NCBI GenBank assembly: GCA_963836075.1
Contig: CAWIIB010000008.1
Location: 64,001-128,000, forward strand
DNA: 64,000 nucleotides
Source: an uncultured Acidobacteriota bacterium
Lineage (GTDB): Bacteria > Acidobacteriota > JAQAZP01
Direction of reading: 5' to 3'
The notes beneath the pieces were generated by a model. It did not search any database. It worked only from the letters and a program-made list of their open reading frames with translations, and was not told where the DNA came from. Shown piece by piece: positions 31,320 through 39,589 of the stretch (its first letter is position 1; every line of letters begins with the position of its first letter). The translations under genes were made by a program, and so were the position numbers.

Positions 31320-31556
31320 ATGTATGACACTGTCGAAAAGATCGGCAACTCACTGATCCAGCACGGTCCGATGAATGACCGCATCTACCTGATGAAGCTG
31401 GGACAGGACCAGGTGAAGCAGATCCTGGACCGGCTGGGCGATCTTGCCGAGGAACGCGGATACTCAAAAATCTTTGCCAAGGTCCCTGATGAGCACCGCA
31501 GCGTCTTTGAAGCTCACGGCTGCCGTCAAGCCGGCGGTGATTGGGTCTGGAAATAA
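31320..31556 (+). pseudogene. N-terminal stub of a beta-lysine N-acetyltransferase (AblB-like)
   Basis: IGNSLIQHGPMNDRIYLMKL...GYSKIFAKVP; it ends after about 78 aa, before the GNAT core. Confidence 0.65.
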
Positions 31557-31591
31557 AGTGATTACCTTTGCCCGCCTCCTGCCGCCGGAAT

Positions 31592-32701
31592 TCAATCGGC
31601 GGTATCCCCTTCGGAACTGTTTCCGCTGATGTCTTTGAGCCGGGTCTCCGGTTCATGGTAGCGGGGGTAGAGGTGCGTCAGGGTGGTGTAGGTGAAGAGG
31701 GCATTCACCGGACGGATTCTGATCAGCCAGTGGAAGATGAAGTAGGAGAGAAACAGGGACGGATAGAGGTAGAGCAGGTTCACCAACTGGATCGAAATCC
31801 AGCTTTCCAGACCGCTTGTGCCCGGGTACCGTGCGGTGAGCCAGGAGAAGAACCAGACCCCCGCCGGCACCGACGTGACCAGGTAGAGGATCAGCCCCCA
31901 GGATTGCCCGGCCTCCACCGCTTTGCTGGGGCAGTAGCCCATGCATCGCATACAGCTCTCGCAGTTGTACTTCCAGTAGGGCCGGGGATTTCGTTTGCCC
32001 ACCATGGTGATGGCGTCGGTGGGGCAGTGGTTTGCGCACTGGCCGCAGCTGGTGCAGTTGTTGTTGGCGAAGAACAGTTTGGCCAGGAAGAAGCGTCCCA
32101 CCAGCAGATAGAGCGCTGAAAGCCAGAGCAGGGGCAGCCCCCAGAGCAGCAGGTCCCAGGCGTTGGACCAGGAGACCCAGTGCGTATGCCCGGCGAGAAT
32201 GCTTTCGAAGATTCTGTCGGCGCGACCCTTCCGGCGGGCAATGTATGCCGGGGAATTCTCCCGGGAGAAGCCCGAATAGAGCGACATCCAGTTGGACGGC
32301 ATGTCGATCCCGGTGATCCCTCTCAACCGATACTCCTTGCACAGGAGGATCAGGCCGATGATCAGCGCCGCCGTGCCCGCGGCCCCCGGTACGGTGACCG
32401 GACCGAACTTCAAGGCGCCGCGGGTGGCGGTGCAGAAGGCGGCGGCCCCATTGCCGGCCGGCACCCCCAGGGCGAAACGGATCATCTTCCAGGGCGCGGT
32501 GAAACCGTGGGTCGGGAAAACGAAGAGTACCAGTTGGTGGCGTGAGGCCACCAGCTCCCGCTCCGGCCTGGCCGATTCAACCGGGATGACCGCCGAGTCG
32601 ATGGAACGCGCCTTTACTGCCTCGTCCATCCAGCGGGCCACACGGTAGGAGTTACCGGTGCCGCTGAGGTAGTAGATTTTTGCACTTATTGGTGAGCGCA
32701 T
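31592..32701 (-). CDS. EFR1-family flavodoxin-like/ferredoxin protein with membrane segments
   Basis: Motifs YYLSGTGNS, FVFPTH, DMPSNW, CTSCGQCANHCP and CESCMRCMGYCP. Confidence 0.85.
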   Translation of the reverse strand: MRSPISAKIYYLSGTGNSYRVARWMDEAVKARSIDSAVIPVESARPERELVASRHQLVLFVFPTHGFTAPWKMIRFALGVPAGNGAAAFCTATRGALKFGPVTVPGAAGTAALIIGLILLCKEYRLRGITGIDMPSNWMSLYSGFSRENSPAYIARRKGRADRIFESILAGHTHWVSWSNAWDLLLWGLPLLWLSALYLLVGRFFLAKLFFANNNCTSCGQCANHCPTDAITMVGKRNPRPYWKYNCESCMRCMGYCPSKAVEAGQSWGLILYLVTSVPAGVWFFSWLTARYPGTSGLESWISIQLVNLLYLYPSLFLSYFIFHWLIRIRPVNALFTYTTLTHLYPRYHEPETRLKDISGNSSEGDTAD

Positions 32702-32850
32702 GGGTGACCTGTTCGGATCCCATCGTGTGATCTGACCAGAGCGTTCAGTTCGTTTGCGGCATCAATGACAGAATTCAGTCCGAGTGCGGTTGCCGGCCAT
32801 CTTAGCAAATTCGGGGGGGGCCGGAAAGAAACAGGCCGGTGTCCGTACAT

Positions 32851-32876
32851 AAAAAGGCGGGAGCTCTCGCTCCCGC
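32851..32876 (-). terminator. Rho-independent terminator of the porin gene
   Basis: The gcgggagc-tctc-gctcccgc stem is followed by a T-run on the minus strand. Confidence 0.75.
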
Positions 32877-32902
32877 AACGGCCGTAAGTGGGGGGGGAAA
32901 GT

Positions 32903-34066
32903 TCAGAACTTGACGATGTAGTCCACCTGCCAGCGCTGGAGGTCCTCGTCCCGGCCGTCAGCCGTGTTGGTGTTGTAGTAGGTCACGTTGAAGTAGGACT
33001 TGGCGATACAGCCCATCCGGACGTCGAAACGGTTGGCCTTGAGATCGGAACCACGCGAGGTGTCCGACTGGGTGAAGACGTAGAACAGGGCGTCCGGCTC
33101 GGAATAGTAGTAGCTGTAGCGGAAAGCCCAGTGCCACGGTTTCTTGTAGTCACCGATCTGCAGGCGGCCGAAGTAGGCGGTGTCCTCGTCCCTGGCGATG
33201 CCGTCGGCGCCGAGGTTGTTGTAGTAGAAGAGATTGACCTTGACCGGCCAGCGCTCGCTGGCCGAATACTTGTACTCGGCGAAGAAGTTGAGAATTTGGA
33301 ATTCGCTGACCAGCAGCCCGTTCTCGTCGACGATGTTGGTCATGTTGTTGCCGCCAAGTTCGCCGTCGATGGTCAGGTCGGCGACGGCCTGGGGGTTGGT
33401 CCAGCCGTCATAGCCGGCGCCGATGGCGAATTTACTGTTGTCACCGAACTTGAAGTTCACGTGGGTCTGGGCGCCATAGAGACTGGAGTCGGAACCGCTG
33501 CCGCTCTCGTTCAGCAGATACTGGTAGAGGTCGATGTCGATGCCCTTGAACGCGCCGTCACCGCCGCCAAAGTCGAAGTTCTCCATCAGGCCTTCCACGG
33601 TGACGTCGTCGTCCCACTGCATGTCGGAAACCTTCCAGCGCTTTGCGGCGTCGAACTTTCCGCCGATCACACCGACCCAGTCGGTGAACTGGTAGTCGAC
33701 ATAGCCCTGGGCCAGGTTGAACTGCTTGAACTGGAACCCGCCGTCAAAACTCGTGTTGTTCGACACCGGGTCGTCGGGGTTGCCGTTCCTCAGCTGCAGG
33801 CCGACGGTCAGCTTCTCGGTGACGGTGGCGATGAGACCGGCGCGAATGCGGGCACGGAAGCGGTCCCGGCGGTCGTCGTCAAAGGAGCCGTCCTTCTGGA
33901 AGCCCTCGTAGCGCATCCGGACATCACCGGTGAAATCGATCCGGTCATACCACTTTTTGGGTTTTTCCTCGTCCGTACCGGAATCGGGCGTTTCCGTGGC
34001 GAAGGCCGGAAGCCAGGCCGCCATCAAGAGCAGAACAGTGATCAGCGTGAGCGTTCTTTTCATCAT
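32903..34066 (-). CDS. Putative outer-membrane porin (Porin_5-like)
   Basis: Signal peptide; F.GD.R.RYE, R.R.R.R.G, DPVS.N.S and WD.D...EG; C-terminal Phe (QVDYIVKF). Confidence 0.8.
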   Translation of the reverse strand: MMKRTLTLITVLLLMAAWLPAFATETPDSGTDEEKPKKWYDRIDFTGDVRMRYEGFQKDGSFDDDRRDRFRARIRAGLIATVTEKLTVGLQLRNGNPDDPVSNNTSFDGGFQFKQFNLAQGYVDYQFTDWVGVIGGKFDAAKRWKVSDMQWDDDVTVEGLMENFDFGGGDGAFKGIDIDLYQYLLNESGSGSDSSLYGAQTHVNFKFGDNSKFAIGAGYDGWTNPQAVADLTIDGELGGNNMTNIVDENGLLVSEFQILNFFAEYKYSASERWPVKVNLFYYNNLGADGIARDEDTAYFGRLQIGDYKKPWHWAFRYSYYYSEPDALFYVFTQSDTSRGSDLKANRFDVRMGCIAKSYFNVTYYNTNTADGRDEDLQRWQVDYIVKF

Positions 34067-34306
34067 CTGTCTTTTCCCTCTCCTCTGCGTGCATCTGTTG
34101 CAATTGACCCAAAACATGAGCAACAACTAATGTAAGCCGGCCCGCCGGCCGGATTTTCGTATTCAGTGCAGGCAGATGATGACCGGGAATTGTTAAGGCT
34201 GTATGAGGGAGGAATAAAAGTACCAGATAAGGCTCAACACGCCAAGTGGCGAATTGGTCCACGGACTGTTTCCGCTTACAATCTTCCTGTCCCATGATCT
34301 CATATC

Positions 34307-35410
34307 GTGGCCTGCGGCTGCCTCGGGGCCGGGTCCAGTGGAGAGTGCATGCACCGACCAGCCGGTCTCATCCGGTCCCCCTATTCCTGGTGGGAGACTC
34401 TCAAGCTCCCTCTCCGCTACCTCCGCCCGTCCTCCGGGGGTGGGGCGGGATTTCCCCGGGCCCCCCGTTCCGGCGGCCTCCTCGAGGGGAGCCGGCTGCT
34501 CTTTCTCGGCGACCTGATGGCCGCACGGAACCGGCAGCTGCCCGAGGTGGCTCCGGCCTTTCGTGAGCTGGTCCGGCGGGCCGACCTGGTGATCATCAAC
34601 TGCGAGGGACCGGTGAAACCGGGTTCGGAGCCCGATGGCCGGCGGCCGTACGCCCGGGTGCGTTTTTCTTCCCGCTACCTGGGGCAGGTCCTGGAGTGCC
34701 TGGGGGTGGACCCCGGCCGCTGTGTGCTCTCGGTGGCCAACAACCACGCCGCCGACTGCGGACCGGACGGCCTGGACGCCACCGTGGAGGCCCTCCGCGA
34801 TATGGGGACCCACGTGGCGGGTGCGAAGCAGGGCGCATCACCGCTGGTCCGTGTCGATGCGGGGCCGGTGCCGGTGGGGTTTGTTGCCTGGACCGACTGG
34901 CAGAACCAGGGTGGCTCAGCCGCGTGCGGCGTCTGGAGCGGGGACGATCTGTCCGGCCGGCGCTGGCGGGAGGAAGCACTGGCAGCCGGTATTTGCTGTC
35001 TGGCGGCCCTGCCGCACTGGGGCTTCGAGTTCCGGCACTTTCCCGAGCCCGGTGTTCGCCTCCGGGCCCGGGAACTGGTGGGGCAGGGGTTCCGGATCAT
35101 CGCCGGCCACCACCCGCACGTTGTCCAGCCGCTGGAGACCTTTGACGGCGGCCTCTGTCTTTACAGCGGCGGCAATGTCATCGGTCCGGCGATCCCCCTG
35201 GCCTGGCCCTGCCGGCTTTTTGCGGCGCTGGAGGTTGCGCTGGCCGCGGAGGGCCCCGACCCCGGAGCGGTCAACGGCTACCGGGTCCACCCCTTTGTCC
35301 AGTTGCAGGAGGGAGGCCGGCCGCTGATCGCCACCATCGACCAGCTGCCCCCGGGCCGGGCCCGGCGGTTTCAGCGGCGCTTCGACGATCTCTTCGGCCT
35401 CGACGAATAG
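34307..35410 (+). CDS. CapA/PGA_cap-family metallophosphatase-fold protein (start uncertain)
   Basis: Motifs GDLM, NCEGP, SVANNHAAD, PHWGFE, GHHPHVVQ and YSGGN. Confidence 0.8.
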   Translation: MACGCLGAGSSGECMHRPAGLIRSPYSWWETLKLPLRYLRPSSGGGAGFPRAPRSGGLLEGSRLLFLGDLMAARNRQLPEVAPAFRELVRRADLVIINCEGPVKPGSEPDGRRPYARVRFSSRYLGQVLECLGVDPGRCVLSVANNHAADCGPDGLDATVEALRDMGTHVAGAKQGASPLVRVDAGPVPVGFVAWTDWQNQGGSAACGVWSGDDLSGRRWREEALAAGICCLAALPHWGFEFRHFPEPGVRLRARELVGQGFRIIAGHHPHVVQPLETFDGGLCLYSGGNVIGPAIPLAWPCRLFAALEVALAAEGPDPGAVNGYRVHPFVQLQEGGRPLIATIDQLPPGRARRFQRRFDDLFGLDE

Positions 35411-35500
35411 TGACAAGCGGGGTATCATTGCTCGGCCCGCGGGCTGGTTTTCACTGACAGATCACGAATCGTTAACCGGTGTCTGAAATTATCATCCATT

Positions 35501-36358
35501 ATGCTGATCGATTCATCGTCGGATCGCGATCCGGACAGTCTGTCCGCGGGGGACGGAACCATGGAGGTTCCGGCGGTGACCATTCCGGCGGATCTCTCAC
35601 TGGCCGACATCTGGCGCGAGCCGCTGCCCCACCAGCCGGACGAGCCGCTGACCCGCATGCTCTGCCGGTCGATCACCGCCCTCTCCCGGCGCTATGTCCG
35701 GGAGATCGAAGGGCCCCTCGATGCCCTGGCCCCGGAAGAGGACCCTTTTGTCCTGGTACTCAACCACAGCCAGCGGCTGGAAGCGGTGCTCATCCCCACC
35801 CTGCTTCTTTACTACCGTGGCGGCAAGCCGATCCACTTCCTCGCCGACTGGAACATGCTGATGGTGCCGCTGGTGGGGATGCTCTACCGCCGCGGCCGCA
35901 ACATCATCGTTACTCAAAAGCAGGCAAAGCCCCGCTTTCTCAACATTTTCAAACCGCTCTTCCGGCAGCCGGCCCCGGCCTTTCAACAGGCCCTGGACCG
36001 CCTGCGGTCCGGCTCACCGGTGGGTCTCTTCCCCGAAGGAACGATGAACCGCAACCCGCACGCGCTGCTGCCGGGCCGGCCCGGCGCCGCCCGGCTGGCC
36101 CTGACCGCCGGTGTGCCGGTCCTGCCGGTGGGAATCCGTTTTTCCGGCCACCGCGGCGGCCGCATCCGCGATGGCGCCGGAATGCGGCTGATGATCGGCC
36201 GTTCCATGCCTCTGCCCGATCCGGCGCGGCCGGGAAAACCGGCCCGGGAAGAGGTGCTAGACGGCCACCGCCGGATCATGGAACAGCTCTCCGTCCTGAG
36301 CGGAAAAGAGTGGTCGGCCCGGACGCCCGGAAGGAGGAACCATGTCCCTGAAGAATGA
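35501..36358 (+). CDS. PlsC/LPLAT-family acyltransferase
   Basis: Motifs NHSQRLE (variant of NHxxxxD), FPEGT and GAARLAL..GVPVLPVGI. Confidence 0.85.
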   Translation: MLIDSSSDRDPDSLSAGDGTMEVPAVTIPADLSLADIWREPLPHQPDEPLTRMLCRSITALSRRYVREIEGPLDALAPEEDPFVLVLNHSQRLEAVLIPTLLLYYRGGKPIHFLADWNMLMVPLVGMLYRRGRNIIVTQKQAKPRFLNIFKPLFRQPAPAFQQALDRLRSGSPVGLFPEGTMNRNPHALLPGRPGAARLALTAGVPVLPVGIRFSGHRGGRIRDGAGMRLMIGRSMPLPDPARPGKPAREEVLDGHRRIMEQLSVLSGKEWSARTPGRRNHVPEE

Positions 36359-37025
36359 TATTTCCGTCATCAAAATCAAGACGCCCGACGAACGGCAGCA
36401 GGCGCTGGATGTCTGCGCCACCGTCTACCACGACGAGAAGCGATGGGTGATAAACATCGAGGAGTTCCTCCCCGCCGAAGACCTGGAGAACGAGGACATC
36501 TCCTGGTTCGCCGCCAAGCTGGACGGCCGCACGCTGGGGGTCACCCGCGTTCTCTACAAGCTGCCCCTGGAACTCTATGACGACTACGGGCTGGAACTGC
36601 TGGACAAGAGCATCGACGTGAAAGCGTTTCTGGCGCAGAACCGGATCGCCGAGGTTGGCCGTTTTGCCGTGCTGCCGGAGTACCGGGGGAAGATCATGGT
36701 GGCCGCGGCCCTGATGCGGGCCTGTGTCTCGGAAACGATCCAGCGCGGGTTCACCCACTTCATCACCGACGTCTTCGAGGACGATCCCAACACGCCCCAC
36801 GGCTTTCACAAGCGGGTTCTCGGTTTCCAGGAGGTGGCCACCCACACCCACGGCGAACTGAACTGCGAGAGCCGCCGGATCACCATGCTGCTCGACTTCA
36901 AGGCGGCCTATGCCTCGGCGGTGACCAGGAAGGGCTGGCTCTACAAGTACATCATGAGCGAGTGGGACGAAACCATGAAGTCGCAGCTCTCCGGCCCGGC
37001 CGGCGGCCCCGCTCCGGGCTCCTGA
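36342..37025 (+). CDS. GNAT-fold N-acyltransferase (FeeM/LuxI-like)
   Basis: Motifs VY..EK.W, LGVTRV, LPLE and IAEVGRFAVLPEYRG; RBS AAGGAGG; overlaps the end of plsC. Confidence 0.7.
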   Translation: MSLKNDISVIKIKTPDERQQALDVCATVYHDEKRWVINIEEFLPAEDLENEDISWFAAKLDGRTLGVTRVLYKLPLELYDDYGLELLDKSIDVKAFLAQNRIAEVGRFAVLPEYRGKIMVAAALMRACVSETIQRGFTHFITDVFEDDPNTPHGFHKRVLGFQEVATHTHGELNCESRRITMLLDFKAAYASAVTRKGWLYKYIMSEWDETMKSQLSGPAGGPAPGS

Positions 37026-37069
37026 CCCCGGGAAGGGCCATCCCGTCACCAGAGTGAAACTATCCGCCC

Positions 37070-39589
37070 ATGCGTTCCTCTCTCATTCCACACCAGCGCC
37101 TGACGCTGCCGCTGATCCGGTTTGCCGGCCGCCGGCCGTGGGCCGTGATCCTCGCCATGGCGCTGCTCACCCTGGCCGCCGGCGCCGCGGCCCTCAACCT
37201 GCGGCTGGATACCGACGTACTGGCCCTGATCCCCACCAGCAACCCGGTGGTGCGGGACTTTCGGGAAACCCTTGAACGGTTCGGCTCCACCGACATCCTG
37301 CTGGTGGCCCTGGAACTGCGGGGCGAGGAATCGCTGGACGGCGACCTGGCCTACGCCGACCTGCTGGTGGAGGGGCTGAGGGATTCGTCGCGCATCGCCT
37401 GGGTGGAGTGCCACTCCGGCGATCTCCTCGATTCGGTGGACGACCTGCTGCGGCACGCCACGCTCTTCATGACCCCCGACGAGCTGGAGCAGTTTGTCCG
37501 GCGGTTCTCCGCCCCGGGCCTTGGGGAGCGGGTCGGGCGGCTGGCCCTGGACGCCCGCTCCTCACTGGTGGCGGGGCAGCAGGAGCAATTCACCCTCGAC
37601 CCCATGGGCATCTGGCCGCTGATCGGCGGCCGGCTGGGCACCGAGAAGCTCTCCTCGCGCTTCGACAGCGAGACCGGCTACATCATCGACGGCGGGCGGC
37701 GCTATCTGCTGATGCTGGCCAAGCCGATCAAGCCGGCGGCCGATGTCCCCTTTGGCCGCGAGCTGGCGAGCGAACTGGAGCTGCTGCAGGATTCCACCAA
37801 CGGGCAGTGGTGTGACGACGACTGGGAGGGGGACCCGCCAAACGTGCTGCTGGGCGGCGGCTACATCATGGCGGTGGAGGATGCCCGCGAGGTGACCCGG
37901 GACGCGGCGGTGGGCGGCGTGGTCTCCCTGCTGGGCGTGATTCTGCTGTTCATGGTCATCTTTCGGCGCGCCGCGGCGCTGCTCATCGTGGCCGTGCCGC
38001 TGATCACCGGCCTGACCTGCACCTTCGGTTTTGCCGCGCTGTTCCTCGGCCGTCTCAACCCCGTCACCTCGGCCTTTTCCGCGCTGCTCATCGGCCTGGG
38101 GGTCGACTTCATCATCGTGCTCTACGGCCGCTATGTGGAGGAGCGCCGGCGGGGCGAGTCCCACCAGGCGGCCCTGGAGGCCTTTGGCCGCACCACCGCC
38201 GCCGGGGTGTTCCTCGGCGCGGTGACCACGGCGGCCACCTTCCTCGCCTTCCTCATCTCCGGCTTCCGCGGTCTCTCCGAGCTGGGCCTGATCACCGGCG
38301 CCGGCATCCTGATCCTGGTGGCCACCGTCTTCCTCCTGCTGCCGGCGCTGCTCACGGTGATCGAACGCGTCCGGCCGGGGAGACCGCACCGTTACCACGC
38401 CTTCGGGATCCAGCGCCTCTGCGGTTTCAGCCTGCGCCACCCCGTCCCGGTGATCGTGGCCACCCTGCTGGTCACCGCGCTGCTCTTCTTCCCCATGCTC
38501 CGGCTGCACTACGATGACGACGTGCTCAACATGCGCTCGGCCACCAACCAGGGGCTGGTGGTGCAGCGGCAGCTGATGGAGGCCTTCGACATCCGCTTCA
38601 CCCCGATCATGGTCCGGGTGGACGGGGAGACCGCGGCCCAGTCTCTGCGCCGGGCGCAGGAACTGCTGACCCGGATCGAACCGCTGGCCGACGGGAAGAA
38701 CCTGGCCCGGGTGGAGTCGGCGGCCTCATTGATGCCGCCCCTGGAGAGACAGGAGAGGATCCTGGAGATCCTGCGGGAGGTGGAACTGGATCAGGACGCT
38801 GTGCGCCGGCAATTCGACGAGGCGCTGGACGCCGAAGGGCTGAACCCCGCGCCGTTTCGCCACGGGCTGGACCTGGCCCTCGAGGCCCTGGCACTGGACC
38901 GGCCGCTGTCGCTGGACGCCTTCAGCGGCTCCACAATCGGGCACCTGCTGGAGCGCTACCTGCACTCCGGTGACGACGGGGCATCGACGCTGATCTACTG
39001 CTACCCCCCGGCGGGGAAGTGGCGCCGCGAGGTGCCGCCGCCCCTGGCGGCGGCGGTGGAGGGAACCCCCGGGGCGGTGCTCACCAGTCCGGTGCTCATC
39101 TCCCGGGAGCTGAAGGCCATCGTCTGGCGCGACGCGCTGCTGGCCGCACTGCTGGGCACGCTGGTCGTCTTCAGCCTGATGGCCGCGGACATGCGCAGCC
39201 TGCGTCACGCCGCCCTGGGGCTGGTGCCCCTCGCCGTGGGCATGATCTGGATGGCCGGTGGGATGGTCCTGCTGGGCATGGCGGTGAACTTCCTCAACAT
39301 CTTCGTCTTCACCATGATCATCGGCATCGGGGTGGACTACGGCATTCACCTGACCCACCGCTGGAGCGAGTCGGGGGCCGATCACCGGCCGCTGGCCGCC
39401 ACCTCGCGGGCGATCCTCATCGCCGCGTTCACCACCGTGATCGGCTTCGGCTCGCTGGCCCTCTCCCACTCGCCGGGCCTGCGTTCCATGGGGACGGCGG
39501 CCATCCTCGGTGCGTCGGCCACGGCCCTGGTGAGCATCACCTTCCTGCCCGCCCTGATGGCCTTGTGGGGCAGGCGGCGCGTCACTTGA
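37070..39589 (+). CDS. MMPL/RND-family lipid exporter
   Basis: Duplicated GLGVDF/GIGVDY motifs and A.TT..GF..L; about 12 TMs. Confidence 0.9.
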   Translation: MRSSLIPHQRLTLPLIRFAGRRPWAVILAMALLTLAAGAAALNLRLDTDVLALIPTSNPVVRDFRETLERFGSTDILLVALELRGEESLDGDLAYADLLVEGLRDSSRIAWVECHSGDLLDSVDDLLRHATLFMTPDELEQFVRRFSAPGLGERVGRLALDARSSLVAGQQEQFTLDPMGIWPLIGGRLGTEKLSSRFDSETGYIIDGGRRYLLMLAKPIKPAADVPFGRELASELELLQDSTNGQWCDDDWEGDPPNVLLGGGYIMAVEDAREVTRDAAVGGVVSLLGVILLFMVIFRRAAALLIVAVPLITGLTCTFGFAALFLGRLNPVTSAFSALLIGLGVDFIIVLYGRYVEERRRGESHQAALEAFGRTTAAGVFLGAVTTAATFLAFLISGFRGLSELGLITGAGILILVATVFLLLPALLTVIERVRPGRPHRYHAFGIQRLCGFSLRHPVPVIVATLLVTALLFFPMLRLHYDDDVLNMRSATNQGLVVQRQLMEAFDIRFTPIMVRVDGETAAQSLRRAQELLTRIEPLADGKNLARVESAASLMPPLERQERILEILREVELDQDAVRRQFDEALDAEGLNPAPFRHGLDLALEALALDRPLSLDAFSGSTIGHLLERYLHSGDDGASTLIYCYPPAGKWRREVPPPLAAAVEGTPGAVLTSPVLISRELKAIVWRDALLAALLGTLVVFSLMAADMRSLRHAALGLVPLAVGMIWMAGGMVLLGMAVNFLNIFVFTMIIGIGVDYGIHLTHRWSESGADHRPLAATSRAILIAAFTTVIGFGSLALSHSPGLRSMGTAAILGASATALVSITFLPALMALWGRRRVT

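Noticed and set aside
36342-37025. LuxI quorum-sensing synthase
   Set aside because: The conserved N-terminal R..VF...LGW pattern is only partly present and no LuxR receptor is adjacent; the context is lipid acylation and export.
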